The translations under genes were made by a program, and so were the position numbers. A DNA stretch of 64,000 bases from Methanocella sp. GTDB lineage: Archaea; Thermoproteota; Bathyarchaeia; Bathyarchaeales; Bathycorpusculaceae. The stretch spans positions 1 through 64,000 of the forward strand of contig JBLNCY010000064.1 in the NCBI GenBank assembly GCA_050261115.1. The letters are read 5' to 3'. Position 1 is the stretch's first letter; every line of letters begins with the position of its first letter. The notes under the pieces were generated by a model, which was not told where the DNA came from, ran no database searches, and saw nothing but the letters and a program-made list of their open reading frames with translations. Positions 46,895 through 55,392 of this stretch are shown one piece after another.

Positions 46895-47722
46895 ATGATT
46901 TTGCTCGTTGCCTCAATCAAAGATCCTGCAAGCCAAAACATCAAAATTCAACTCTTAAAAAACTACGTCTTTAGCAAAACAGACAAAACCTATGAGGGCA
47001 GCCCTATCTATGTCGCTGACGTAAACGAGAAAAAAGTCTCCCTCATAACCCTTAACCGCGAATCCGTCACCGCACAGGACTTACCCCAACAGTTCCCCCA
47101 AGCAAAACTAATAGTGTTTATATCCCGCCACAGTAGCCAAAGCGCCAAACCCACCCTAACCGTACATACCCCCGGAAACTTTGGCGATGCAGAACTCGGT
47201 GGCTTACCCAAACAACTCTCAATCTGCCCCGCGGTTGCCATGCAAACGGCGCTCAAGGCGCTGGTGCATTACCAAGAACAGTTTCGCCTAGTAAACTATG
47301 AAGTCTCCTATGAGGTCACCCATCACGGTCCAAGCCTAAGAGTTCCAACAATGTTTGTCGAATTAGGCAGTTCCCCTGAGCAGTGGAGTGATTCGGTGGC
47401 AGCGGAGGCTGTTGGGCACAGCGCTATGACGGCTATTGCTAACTTTGAGGATACGCCCTCATCAGCGGTTTTAGGCATCGGCGGAACCCACTACAACCAG
47501 CAATTCACGCTCCGCTCGCTATTGGGTGCAGCGACGTTTGGGCATATGATACCCAAATACGCTGTTGCCGGCATCGATGCGGATATGGTTCGGCATTGTG
47601 TAGAACGAACTTTTGATAGAGTGCAGTTGGCGCTTTTGGATTGGAAGGGCATTAAAAGCGAGGATAAACCGGCTTTACTTGCTGCGCTGGAGGAGGCGGG
47701 GTTACCTTATCAGAGGATTTAG
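46895..47722 (+). CDS. dtdA: D-aminoacyl-tRNA deacylase (archaeal DTD2)
   Basis: DPAS.NI, SRHSS, TVHTPGN, EVTHHGPS, FVELGS, GGTHY and GHMIPKY motifs. Confidence 0.92.
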   Translation: MILLVASIKDPASQNIKIQLLKNYVFSKTDKTYEGSPIYVADVNEKKVSLITLNRESVTAQDLPQQFPQAKLIVFISRHSSQSAKPTLTVHTPGNFGDAELGGLPKQLSICPAVAMQTALKALVHYQEQFRLVNYEVSYEVTHHGPSLRVPTMFVELGSSPEQWSDSVAAEAVGHSAMTAIANFEDTPSSAVLGIGGTHYNQQFTLRSLLGAATFGHMIPKYAVAGIDADMVRHCVERTFDRVQLALLDWKGIKSEDKPALLAALEEAGLPYQRI

Positions 47723-47839
47723 TTGCCGCCAGTTTGTTTATGAAGCAACATTTAAAAGGGCTAGCTGAGTAGTTTTTTAAACCTAAAGTTTCACAGTAAT
47801 GTTTATTATAGCTGATGAAATCTTGAGTGTGCGGTACAT

Positions 47840-48010
47840 ATGGATATTAAATCTTGGCTACAACAGGCGGCTAGGACTTTAAAGTTAGCCGTTAAACCTG
47901 ACCGTGAAGAGCTGTGGCTATCAGTTAAAATCAGCTTCCTAGGCATAGGCGCAGTCGGTCTAATAGGCTTCATTATTAGACTAATATCCACATCTCTCCA
48001 GAACATGTAG
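47840..48010 (+). CDS. secE: Protein translocase subunit SecE/Sec61-gamma (56 aa; below ORF-track cutoff)
   Basis: MDIKSWLQQAARTLKLAVKPDREELWLSVKISFLGIGAVGLIGFIIRLISTSLQNM. Conserved position before spt5. Confidence 0.92.
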   Translation: MDIKSWLQQAARTLKLAVKPDREELWLSVKISFLGIGAVGLIGFIIRLISTSLQNM

Positions 48011-48021
48011 AAGGTACTACG

Positions 48022-48501
48022 ATGACTAAAGACGAAGAGCAGCAAACATCCGACGTAAAGATTTTCGCCGTCAAAACCACCACTGGTCAGGAACGCAACG
48101 TTGCCAGGTTAATCAGTACCAAAGTGGAAATGGCCCACATACCCCTCAAGTCGCTTCTTGTTCCTGACACACTAAAAGGCTATGTATTCATAGAAGCAGA
48201 TGGCCCACACCTTGTTGAAGAAGCAATCTCAGGCGTCCGCCATGTCCGCGAACGCATCCCCGGCCTAATCAGCTTTAACGAGATTGAACGCTATATCGTC
48301 CGCAAACCAGTCATGGAAGACCTAAACGAGGACGACGTGGTAGAGATCACTGGCGGTCCATTCAAAGGTATGCGTGCTAAAATCACGCGGCTGGATAAAT
48401 CCAAAGGCGAAGTCACACTCGAATTACTTGAAGCAACATTCACTTTGCCCATCACAGTACATTCAGACTATGTAAAACTAGTTGAAAAAGCAAAAGCATA
48501 A
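48022..48501 (+). CDS. spt5: Transcription elongation factor Spt5 (NusG)
   Basis: TTGQE.NVA, KGYVFIEA and KOW motif GGPFKG. Confidence 0.95.
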   Translation: MTKDEEQQTSDVKIFAVKTTTGQERNVARLISTKVEMAHIPLKSLLVPDTLKGYVFIEADGPHLVEEAISGVRHVRERIPGLISFNEIERYIVRKPVMEDLNEDDVVEITGGPFKGMRAKITRLDKSKGEVTLELLEATFTLPITVHSDYVKLVEKAKA

Positions 48502-48512
48502 AGTGATACATT

Positions 48513-48995
48513 ATGGCAGACAAAAAAGTTGTAGAATTAATCGTCAGCGGCGGTCAAGCTAACGCAGGTCCCCCGTTGGGCCCCGCTTTGGGTCCCTTAG
48601 GAGTCAACATAGTGGCTATTGTCAACAAAATCAACGAAGTCACCAAAGCATATGCTGGCATGAAAGTTCCAGTCAAGATTTCTGTTGACACAGAAGATAA
48701 ATCCTTTGAGGTCACCGTTGGTACTCCTACTGCTTCGGCTTTGATTGTTGCAGAACTAAAGATCGAGAAAGGCTCCGGTACACCCAACAGTGTCAAAGTT
48801 GGTGATTTGTCTATGGAGCAAATTGTAAAGATTGCAAAAATCAAAGGCCCGCAACTATTAGCGCCTGACACCAAGAGAGCTGCCAAAGAAGTGCTTGGCA
48901 CCTGTGTGAGCATGGGCGTGACTGTTGAAGGTAAAGATCCCCGGGATGTACAGAAAGAAATAGATGCGGGGGACTACGATAAACTATTCGCTTAA
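48513..48995 (+). CDS. rpl11: 50S ribosomal protein uL11
   Basis: [18 protein letters not shown]…[12 protein letters not shown]. Confidence 0.97.
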   Translation: MADKKVVELIVSGGQANAGPPLGPALGPLGVNIVAIVNKINEVTKAYAGMKVPVKISVDTEDKSFEVTVGTPTASALIVAELKIEKGSGTPNSVKVGDLSMEQIVKIAKIKGPQLLAPDTKRAAKEVLGTCVSMGVTVEGKDPRDVQKEIDAGDYDKLFA

Positions 48996-49053
48996 ACTTA
49001 AGCGAATATTTTTATAAGTGGTTTATTATCCCCTATTGGCACGAGGCTTAAAA

Positions 49054-49704
49054 ATGCCCCTAGACAACAAGACCATATCTGAAGCAATAAAACAGGCAAA
49101 GTCTAAAGCTGGAGACAAGAAGTTCAACCAGACCGTAGACCTGATTCTGGATATCCAAGAAATCGACATGAAGGCACCTGAAGGCAAAATACAGGAGATC
49201 GTTGAGCTTCCCCACGACACTCTAAAACCCAACGCTGTCTGTGTTATTGCTCAAGGCGAAACAGCCTTAAAGGCAAAGAACGCTGGCGCTGAACGTGTTA
49301 TTGAACGCGCAGACCTTGATGCTCTTAACGGTAAAAAGAAGGAACTGCGTCAAATCGGAAGCCAATACGACGTTTTCATTGCTGAAGCGCCCCTGATGCC
49401 CCTGGTCGGTAGACTTTTGGGTCCCGTTCTGGGTCCACGCGGCAAAATGCCTATACCTGTTCCACCTAACTCGGACATAGCTGCCTTGATAAAGAAACAC
49501 CGCAATACCGTGGTTGTTCGCATGCGTAACCAACCAATCATCCAAGTTCCTGTTGGTACACAACAGATGAAAGACGAAGACCTCACCGAGAACGCTATGG
49601 TGGTTCTTCGTGTCCTTGACGGTAAACTAAAACGCGGTCTAAAGAACGTTAAACTTGCGTTCATCAAGACCAGCATGGGCGAGCCCGTTAAAATCAAACC
49701 ATAA
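49054..49704 (+). CDS. rpl1: 50S ribosomal protein uL1
   Basis: KFNQTVDL, LGPVLGPRGKMP and KTSMG motifs. ATG 49054. Confidence 0.96.
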   Translation: MPLDNKTISEAIKQAKSKAGDKKFNQTVDLILDIQEIDMKAPEGKIQEIVELPHDTLKPNAVCVIAQGETALKAKNAGAERVIERADLDALNGKKKELRQIGSQYDVFIAEAPLMPLVGRLLGPVLGPRGKMPIPVPPNSDIAALIKKHRNTVVVRMRNQPIIQVPVGTQQMKDEDLTENAMVVLRVLDGKLKRGLKNVKLAFIKTSMGEPVKIKP

Positions 49705-49718
49705 GCGAGAGAAATAGT

Positions 49719-50573
49719 ATGCCATCCCAACAAGTATTAGAGGAAAAGTCAAGCGAAGTCCAAGCAATCAAAGAGATCCTAAAAGAATACAAGTCCGTCG
49801 GCATCGCCAGTTTACAGAAGGTTCGCGCATCACAACTGCAAGAACTCAAGAAATCAATGAAAGGCCAAGTTTACCTCCGTGTCCTAAAAAACACACTAGT
49901 AAAGCTCGCCATTGAAGAACTCAACCAAGAACAACTCAAAAAGCTTGAGGAATACTTGGAAGGATCAAACGTTTTCCTCTTCACAGACCTAAACCCCTTC
50001 AAGCTAGCCCTTATGCTAGAGAAGGGCAAAGTCAAAACCTTCGCTAAAGCAAACGACATCGCAGCAGAAGACATAGTTGTACCCTCAAGCAACACTGGTC
50101 AACCACCTGGGCCAGTCATCAGCCAACTAAACGCCGTCGGCTTACCTACACGAATCGAAAATGGCAGCGTTTGGGTCAGCAAAGACACCCTTGTCGTGCG
50201 TAAAGGAGAACCCATCAACGACCGATTAGCCGGTGTCCTCTCAAAGCTGGGCATTAAATCCGTTGAACTCGGCCTATCTATGCGTGCCGTCTATGATAAC
50301 GGTATGATGATCAACGGCGACCAACTAAAAGTGGATGTAGCAGCAACCAAACGCAGTGTCGAAGTAAGCAACCAAGAAGCATTCGCTTTGGCACTCGAAA
50401 TCGGCTATGCAACCAAAGAGACAATCCAGCCACTACTACAACGCGCTCACCAGAAGGCAGTTTCGCTATCACTCGGCGCAGCTATTCCAACCAAAGACAC
50501 CATCGCTGACTTGATCCGCAAAGCCAACGCAGAAGCCACCAGCTTAGAATCAAAAACCAAAAAGGCTGCATAA
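49719..50573 (+). CDS. rpl10: 50S ribosomal protein uL10 (aP0), no acidic C-terminal tail
   Basis: KNTL, FLFTDLNPFKL, NTGQPPGP and LSKLGI motifs. Confidence 0.95.
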   Translation: MPSQQVLEEKSSEVQAIKEILKEYKSVGIASLQKVRASQLQELKKSMKGQVYLRVLKNTLVKLAIEELNQEQLKKLEEYLEGSNVFLFTDLNPFKLALMLEKGKVKTFAKANDIAAEDIVVPSSNTGQPPGPVISQLNAVGLPTRIENGSVWVSKDTLVVRKGEPINDRLAGVLSKLGIKSVELGLSMRAVYDNGMMINGDQLKVDVAATKRSVEVSNQEAFALALEIGYATKETIQPLLQRAHQKAVSLSLGAAIPTKDTIADLIRKANAEATSLESKTKKAA

Positions 50574-50677
50574 ACAGCCCTCCCTAATTCTTTCGTTATC
50601 ATTTATTAATTATTTTATAGCGCATTCGACCTATTGGTTAGGCTATTTTCTGTTTGAATTCAAGAAACGGTGGCTGA

Positions 50678-51013
50678 TTAGTCGTGGTGGTCGCTATGCC
50701 CGTGCCCATGCCCATCATTATGCGTATGTCTGTGTCCACTTCGGTATGTTGCTCGCCATGCTCTGCCAATAACTGCCGATATTATTGCAACCACCAAAAA
50801 CGTCACTGCCGTTAGAAACAGATCTCCACCGCCGCTAAGCCCGCCAGTCAAAACCCATACTAATAGCGCCGCTAGCGCTGCGATGGGGAATGCGAAGAGG
50901 AAACCCAGGACTACGATGATAATTAAGGCTATGATGACTAAGATGATAAGAATCCAGAGTAGTGACATAAAATCGGTGGGAATGACAATCTGTAGAGCCG
51001 TTAAATTTAACAA
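50678..51013 (-). CDS. Small membrane protein with His-rich C-terminal tail
   Basis: GAGGTGA RBS; three hydrophobic segments; tail HRHTHNDGHGHGHSDHHD. Confidence 0.75.
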   Translation of the reverse strand: MLNLTALQIVIPTDFMSLLWILIILVIIALIIIVVLGFLFAFPIAALAALLVWVLTGGLSGGGDLFLTAVTFLVVAIISAVIGRAWRATYRSGHRHTHNDGHGHGHSDHHD

Positions 51014-51099
51014 AAATTCACCTCTAAGGTTACTGGGTAAACATCGGTATTTATTGATTTGTTACGCGCAGGCAGTGCCCACAAAAAGGGCTACTGGAA

Positions 51100-51558
51100 C
51101 TATTTTTCTAGGCGGCGCCGATAGCATTCATAGTCAGGCAACCTCCGGGAGTAATCCTCGTCCATGAGCTTTGAAGAGATCAGAAAGTCAGCTGAGGAGC
51201 GGTTCATCGCTATGGGGATATTCCAGACCACCGCTACACGAAGCAAAGCTTTAACGTCGGGGTCATGCGGTAAGGGCTCAAGGGGATCCCAGAAGAAAAT
51301 TAAAAAGTCAATGTCGCCGTCAGCGATGCGGGCGCCAACCTGCATGTCACCGCCCAATGGACCCGACTCCAGAATGTTTATGGGCAACTCGCATTCTTTC
51401 TCAAGAATCATACCCGTTGTTCCCGTAGCGTAGAGTGTATGCTTTCTTAGGGTGTCTGCGTTGAATTTTGTCCACTGCAGCATATCCTCTTTTTTGTTAT
51501 CATGCGCGATGAGGGCTATTCTTTTTTTGGGTTTTAGGAGTGCGGTTTTAATAGTCAT
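51100..51558 (-). CDS. mgsA: Methylglyoxal synthase
   Basis: ALIAHDNKK, ATGTTG, SGPLGGD and FFWDPL..PHDPDV motifs. Confidence 0.94.
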   Translation of the reverse strand: MTIKTALLKPKKRIALIAHDNKKEDMLQWTKFNADTLRKHTLYATGTTGMILEKECELPINILESGPLGGDMQVGARIADGDIDFLIFFWDPLEPLPHDPDVKALLRVAVVWNIPIAMNRSSADFLISSKLMDEDYSRRLPDYECYRRRLEK

Positions 51559-51774
51559 GCAGTTCCCTGTCTAGCCGTCGTTTTGTGCGCTTAATAATGT
51601 TGTGTTGTGGCGCAGTCCACGCGTTTTGGGGTTTGGGAATAAAGGTTAATGGGAAAATCCCCCATATGGACCCTCTTGCGCGGCGGCGACCCATAACTTG
51701 CTGCAGTTTTATATCCCTTTAACTCTAAGGTACCTAATGACAAATTCTAAACTGCAACTCTCCACAAAAGTGGT

Positions 51775-51960
51775 CTAGAGGTGCTCCCTGCTCCTGCGTA
51801 CTCGGCGCAGGTAAAGATCCTCTTTGGTATCAGGCTTATGCAGGATTCCCGCTTTAGTGTAGGCTGTGGTTGTATGGTCTTTAGGCTCTACTTCCACATC
51901 CTCTGAGACAGTCTCGTTTTGCTCAACTCTATGCCGTTTATCACGGGGATCAACCAACAA
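51775..51960 (-). CDS. Small hypothetical protein
   Basis: GGAGGTGA RBS before TTG 51960; about 61 aa. Confidence 0.5.
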   Translation of the reverse strand: MLVDPRDKRHRVEQNETVSEDVEVEPKDHTTTAYTKAGILHKPDTKEDLYLRRVRRSREHL

Positions 51961-52228
51961 ATTCACCTCCAAACTATTATTCCTGTTTGGATTGCGTCAC
52001 CTATGCCAGAAGAGGAAAAACTTGACTTTAAGATGATGTGGGCTTGAAGCTGCTGTAACAAAATGAAAGGCAAGAATTGAAAAGTTGTTTAGACTATTTT
52101 TAAGTCAGGGCATAAGCATGTTGCTGTGTTATTGTTTTATTTTTTTCCGCTCGTTAGCAGCAAAATCCGCCGTTAGATAACAATTGAAGTGTAAAAGTGT
52201 TTGAGAATTAAAGACTAAGCAGGTGCTT

Positions 52229-52708
52229 TTACGTCAGCTTCTTTGTCATTACGTAGGCGTCTTCGCCGTCGCTGTAATACCCATTAATGGTTCGGGTTAT
52301 CTCAAACCCCAACTTCTTATACAGCGAAATCGCCGCGTCATTAGTCACCCTGACCTCGAGGAAGCCCTGTTTGGCTTTGTAATACTCCATGCCTTGAATT
52401 GCGCGGTTAATTATTGCTTGGGCGACGCCTTTTCTTCGATGTTGGGGCATAACTGCGATTGATACTATGTGGCCTTTTCTAACTAGGCCTCCGAAGCCAT
52501 AGTTTGACAAACCCACTTCGATTCGGCACATAATGTAGCCGATGATTTTTCCTGCTTCTTCGGCGACAATGAATGTTTCAGGGAACCTTTGGTGGAGGTC
52601 TACAAAGAAGAAGTCTGTGTAGTTTTCGGGTAGGCAGACGCGGTTAATCTGCATGACTGCTTGTAGGTCTTCTGGGACGAATTTGCGTAGAGTGAAGGTT
52701 TGCTGCAT
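52229..52708 (-). CDS. rimI: N-terminal acetyltransferase (Ard1/RimI GNAT)
   Basis: CLPENY, GHIVSIAV…RRKGVA, LEVRVTN and YYSDGEDAY motifs. Confidence 0.92.
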   Translation of the reverse strand: MQQTFTLRKFVPEDLQAVMQINRVCLPENYTDFFFVDLHQRFPETFIVAEEAGKIIGYIMCRIEVGLSNYGFGGLVRKGHIVSIAVMPQHRRKGVAQAIINRAIQGMEYYKAKQGFLEVRVTNDAAISLYKKLGFEITRTINGYYSDGEDAYVMTKKLT

Positions 52709-52801
52709 CTTTTCGCCTTGTCTTAGAGGATTTATCTGTTTAGACTTAAAGGTTACGCTTTGCGTTAAACCTTACCAGCGGATTAGCGCCCTTGCTGCTG
52801 T

Positions 52802-54085
52802 TTAGGCTTTGTTATCGTCTGGCGCCTTGTAGACTGGCAGAATATGATCGCCCTGCGGAAGCGCCCAGACCCTCGCAGCTGAACCCGCAAGCTTAAAAGC
52901 CTCATTTAGAGCGTCGTTGACTGCTCGGGCTGTCTTTAGTTTAAAGATCGTCTGAGCATAAAAGTCCGGCATGGACGAGACTAGTATGACTTGGTGGTTC
53001 TGGAGCGCTTTAAGTAGGTAGAGCGCTTTGTGGCCACCCATGACAAAGTTGCGTCTGACCTCTTTCTCAACGGCTTTCACTTCACCTAGCCGCGTCATCC
53101 AATCATAGAAAACTTGGTTACCATGCCCCTCTATACACTCTGCCACGAGGATAATTACTCCGCCGCGTTTGACAGCGTCTAATGCGTTATCTAAGCCCTT
53201 GTAGGCTTGGTAGAGGTTAATATCAGCTGGGTAGCCGCCTGCACTGACAACCACAATGTCTGCCCGGCGATCGACATAAACACGGTACATTTCGTCAACG
53301 AGTTTAACGCCCTCCATAAAAGCCGTCTCCAAGTCTCCTGCGAAGGCTTTCACGATTTCACCCTTACTGTTCTCAACCACATTAACTATAAAGTCCACTT
53401 TGGCCAATCGGGCGGCCTCAGTCATATCTATGTGGACGGGGTTGTTTTCTAGGTTGCCCGTTCGGGCATTAGCGTTTGTGAGCATGGCGTGATTGTGCTG
53501 TATGCTTTGGGCGCCGCTAACTGCCGGCAGTACACTTTTTCGGCCTCCCCCATAACCGGCATAGTAGTGATAGTTAATGTCTCCCAGCAGTACACGGACA
53601 TCGGCTTCTGCGAAGGCACGGTTGACCATGATTTTGTTACCATAGGTTTTGGTTGTGCCGATGTGGACGAGATCGTTGTCTGTGCAGCAGTGACTAATCA
53701 CCTTTACCCGCTTGAATGCTTCTTCGCCTACGAGTTCGACGGCTTCCTCTGGCTTTACTGCACGATGAGTTCCACAGCCAAAAATTACCGTGATGTTCTC
53801 GTCTTTGACGCCTGCACTGTTTAATTCAGCTAAGGCCGGTAGAAGCATGCGTTCGCTGGGAGCTTTGCGTGTGGCGTCATCGACCACTATCGCGACTCTC
53901 GAGGTGGGTGTGGCGATTTCGGATAGGCGTTTGGTTCCTATCGGTTCTTTGAGTGCCCGTTCAACTTCAGCTTTCTGGTCAGGTGCAGCGGGAACGGGTT
54001 TTGCTTCGATTGTGCCAAGTAGGTTTCGGGCGGGGACTCGGACGCATACCTCTGTTTTTCCATAGGGTAACCAAACGTCAACCAT
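52802..54085 (-). CDS. larA: Nickel-pincer-dependent lactate racemase family protein
   Basis: LPYG, DDATR, GTHR, HYYAGYGGGRKS and NLYQAYK motifs. Confidence 0.9.
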   Translation of the reverse strand: MVDVWLPYGKTEVCVRVPARNLLGTIEAKPVPAAPDQKAEVERALKEPIGTKRLSEIATPTSRVAIVVDDATRKAPSERMLLPALAELNSAGVKDENITVIFGCGTHRAVKPEEAVELVGEEAFKRVKVISHCCTDNDLVHIGTTKTYGNKIMVNRAFAEADVRVLLGDINYHYYAGYGGGRKSVLPAVSGAQSIQHNHAMLTNANARTGNLENNPVHIDMTEAARLAKVDFIVNVVENSKGEIVKAFAGDLETAFMEGVKLVDEMYRVYVDRRADIVVVSAGGYPADINLYQAYKGLDNALDAVKRGGVIILVAECIEGHGNQVFYDWMTRLGEVKAVEKEVRRNFVMGGHKALYLLKALQNHQVILVSSMPDFYAQTIFKLKTARAVNDALNEAFKLAGSAARVWALPQGDHILPVYKAPDDNKA

Positions 54086-54266
54086 GCCGATTCACTGTGT
54101 GGAATTTAGTCGGTGCACGAAACTATTAAGCCTTGTTAAAACCCAACAGTAAAACCACGCATATAGCCGAAAGACAGCAAGACCCACCAAAACAGCACAC
54201 CCGATTCAACCCAAAAATAGGGTTTCGCTGATATACCTTCCAACCACAGTTGAACCCTGGGGTGAC

Positions 54267-54307
54267 TCTATAAATGAGGGAGAGGGTCTATTGTGAGAGC
54301 AACAGAC
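54267..54307 (-). repeat. Dispersed intergenic repeat, copy C (inverted relative to A and B)
   Basis: The + strand reads TCTATAAATGAGGGAGAGGGTCTATTGTGAGAGCAACAGAC, the reverse complement of copy A with 4 mismatches and a 1-nt indel. Confidence 0.78.
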
Positions 54308-54438
54308 GACTCGATCCAAAAGGCCCCCCAGAAAACAACCCTCCAAACATAGAAACCAAACAGACACAACCGCCAAGACCACTGGAAGCAAAAACCAGTA
54401 GCAACGCCATTCACGTTTTGGAAAAGTTAGCTGTGCCT

Positions 54439-54951
54439 TCAAGGCTTTCTGTAAAGGTATATCGTGTGGGATGGGTACCCCAGCGGGGGATTTTCGCAAA
54501 ACGTTTCAATTTTTTCGGGGCGCCAACCGACCACTTCATAGTCATGGGATACCACGCGTGCCCCTGCTTTGAGGTCGCGTTCAAGTTTGGGTTTAAGCCG
54601 CTCATTTGCGCTCGTTGTCAGATACAGGTAAACGACGTCTGCAGCGGACAGGTTCACGTTGAACATGTCGTCGTTAACGATTGTTACTCTGTCGTCTAGG
54701 CCGGATTCGTGGATGCTGTTCATAGCTTTCTTGGCTAAGTCTTCACGTAACTCGATGCCTACTCCGCGAGCGCCGAACACTTTAGCCGCCGTAATCACCG
54801 TGCGACCATCTCCTGCGCCCATGTCAAAAAGTACTTCACCCGCCTTTAAACCCGCAAGTTTTAGCATGTACTCTACTACAGGCGATGGACTGGGAACAAA
54901 TGGCGCGATAAACAAACCATTTTGCCTCCTAAACAAATTGTTCTTTGACAT
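54439..54951 (-). CDS. Class I SAM-dependent methyltransferase (protein-lysine MTase-like)
   Basis: APFVPSP, DMGAGDGR, GIE, VYLYL and RVVSHDY motifs. Confidence 0.88.
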   Translation of the reverse strand: MSKNNLFRRQNGLFIAPFVPSPSPVVEYMLKLAGLKAGEVLFDMGAGDGRTVITAAKVFGARGVGIELREDLAKKAMNSIHESGLDDRVTIVNDDMFNVNLSAADVVYLYLTTSANERLKPKLERDLKAGARVVSHDYEVVGWRPEKIETFCENPPLGYPSHTIYLYRKP

Positions 54952-54952
54952 G

Positions 54953-55279
54953 TTATGCTACATAGGCGTTGTTTTTAGGTCTTGGCCTTTTTGCTTCGCC
55001 GCATTTTAAGCAACTCTGTGCACATAGGTCTAGATATTTCTCTTCATCGCTTGTGCCGATCGCTTGGGCTGCTTTCTCGCATAGGTTGCTGGGTTCACTG
55101 CAGCCTTCTTCTTTGCAGAGGTTTGAGATGTACTGGCAGATTTCATGCACGTCTTCGGGTTCAAGTACGGCTCTGTTGGTGCGTACAAGCAGGCAGAGTT
55201 CACGTGCCATAACGCATGTTTTGACGAATTTGATTCGTTCGAGAACTTCTTTGCGCAGGTTTTTTCGGCTTATTTCCAC
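54953..55279 (-). CDS. Small Cys-rich helical hypothetical protein
   Basis: AGGAG RBS before GTG 55279; nine Cys. Ends 1 nt before the MTase ATG. Confidence 0.7.
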   Translation of the reverse strand: MEISRKNLRKEVLERIKFVKTCVMARELCLLVRTNRAVLEPEDVHEICQYISNLCKEEGCSEPSNLCEKAAQAIGTSDEEKYLDLCAQSCLKCGEAKRPRPKNNAYVA

Positions 55280-55392
55280 AACGCGGTCTCCTAAAGCATA
55301 ACAAGCAAACAATCCAATAGAGAACAAATTTACTACTTAAAAAGATGCTGGCTACCCTGGACTCCCGCAGGCCGAAAATAAACCGGCAAATG

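Noticed and set aside
54206-54440. ORFs 54206-54499 (-) and 54274-54699 (+)
   Set aside because: They overlap the methyltransferase and repeat copy C; their low-complexity translation reflects strand skew.
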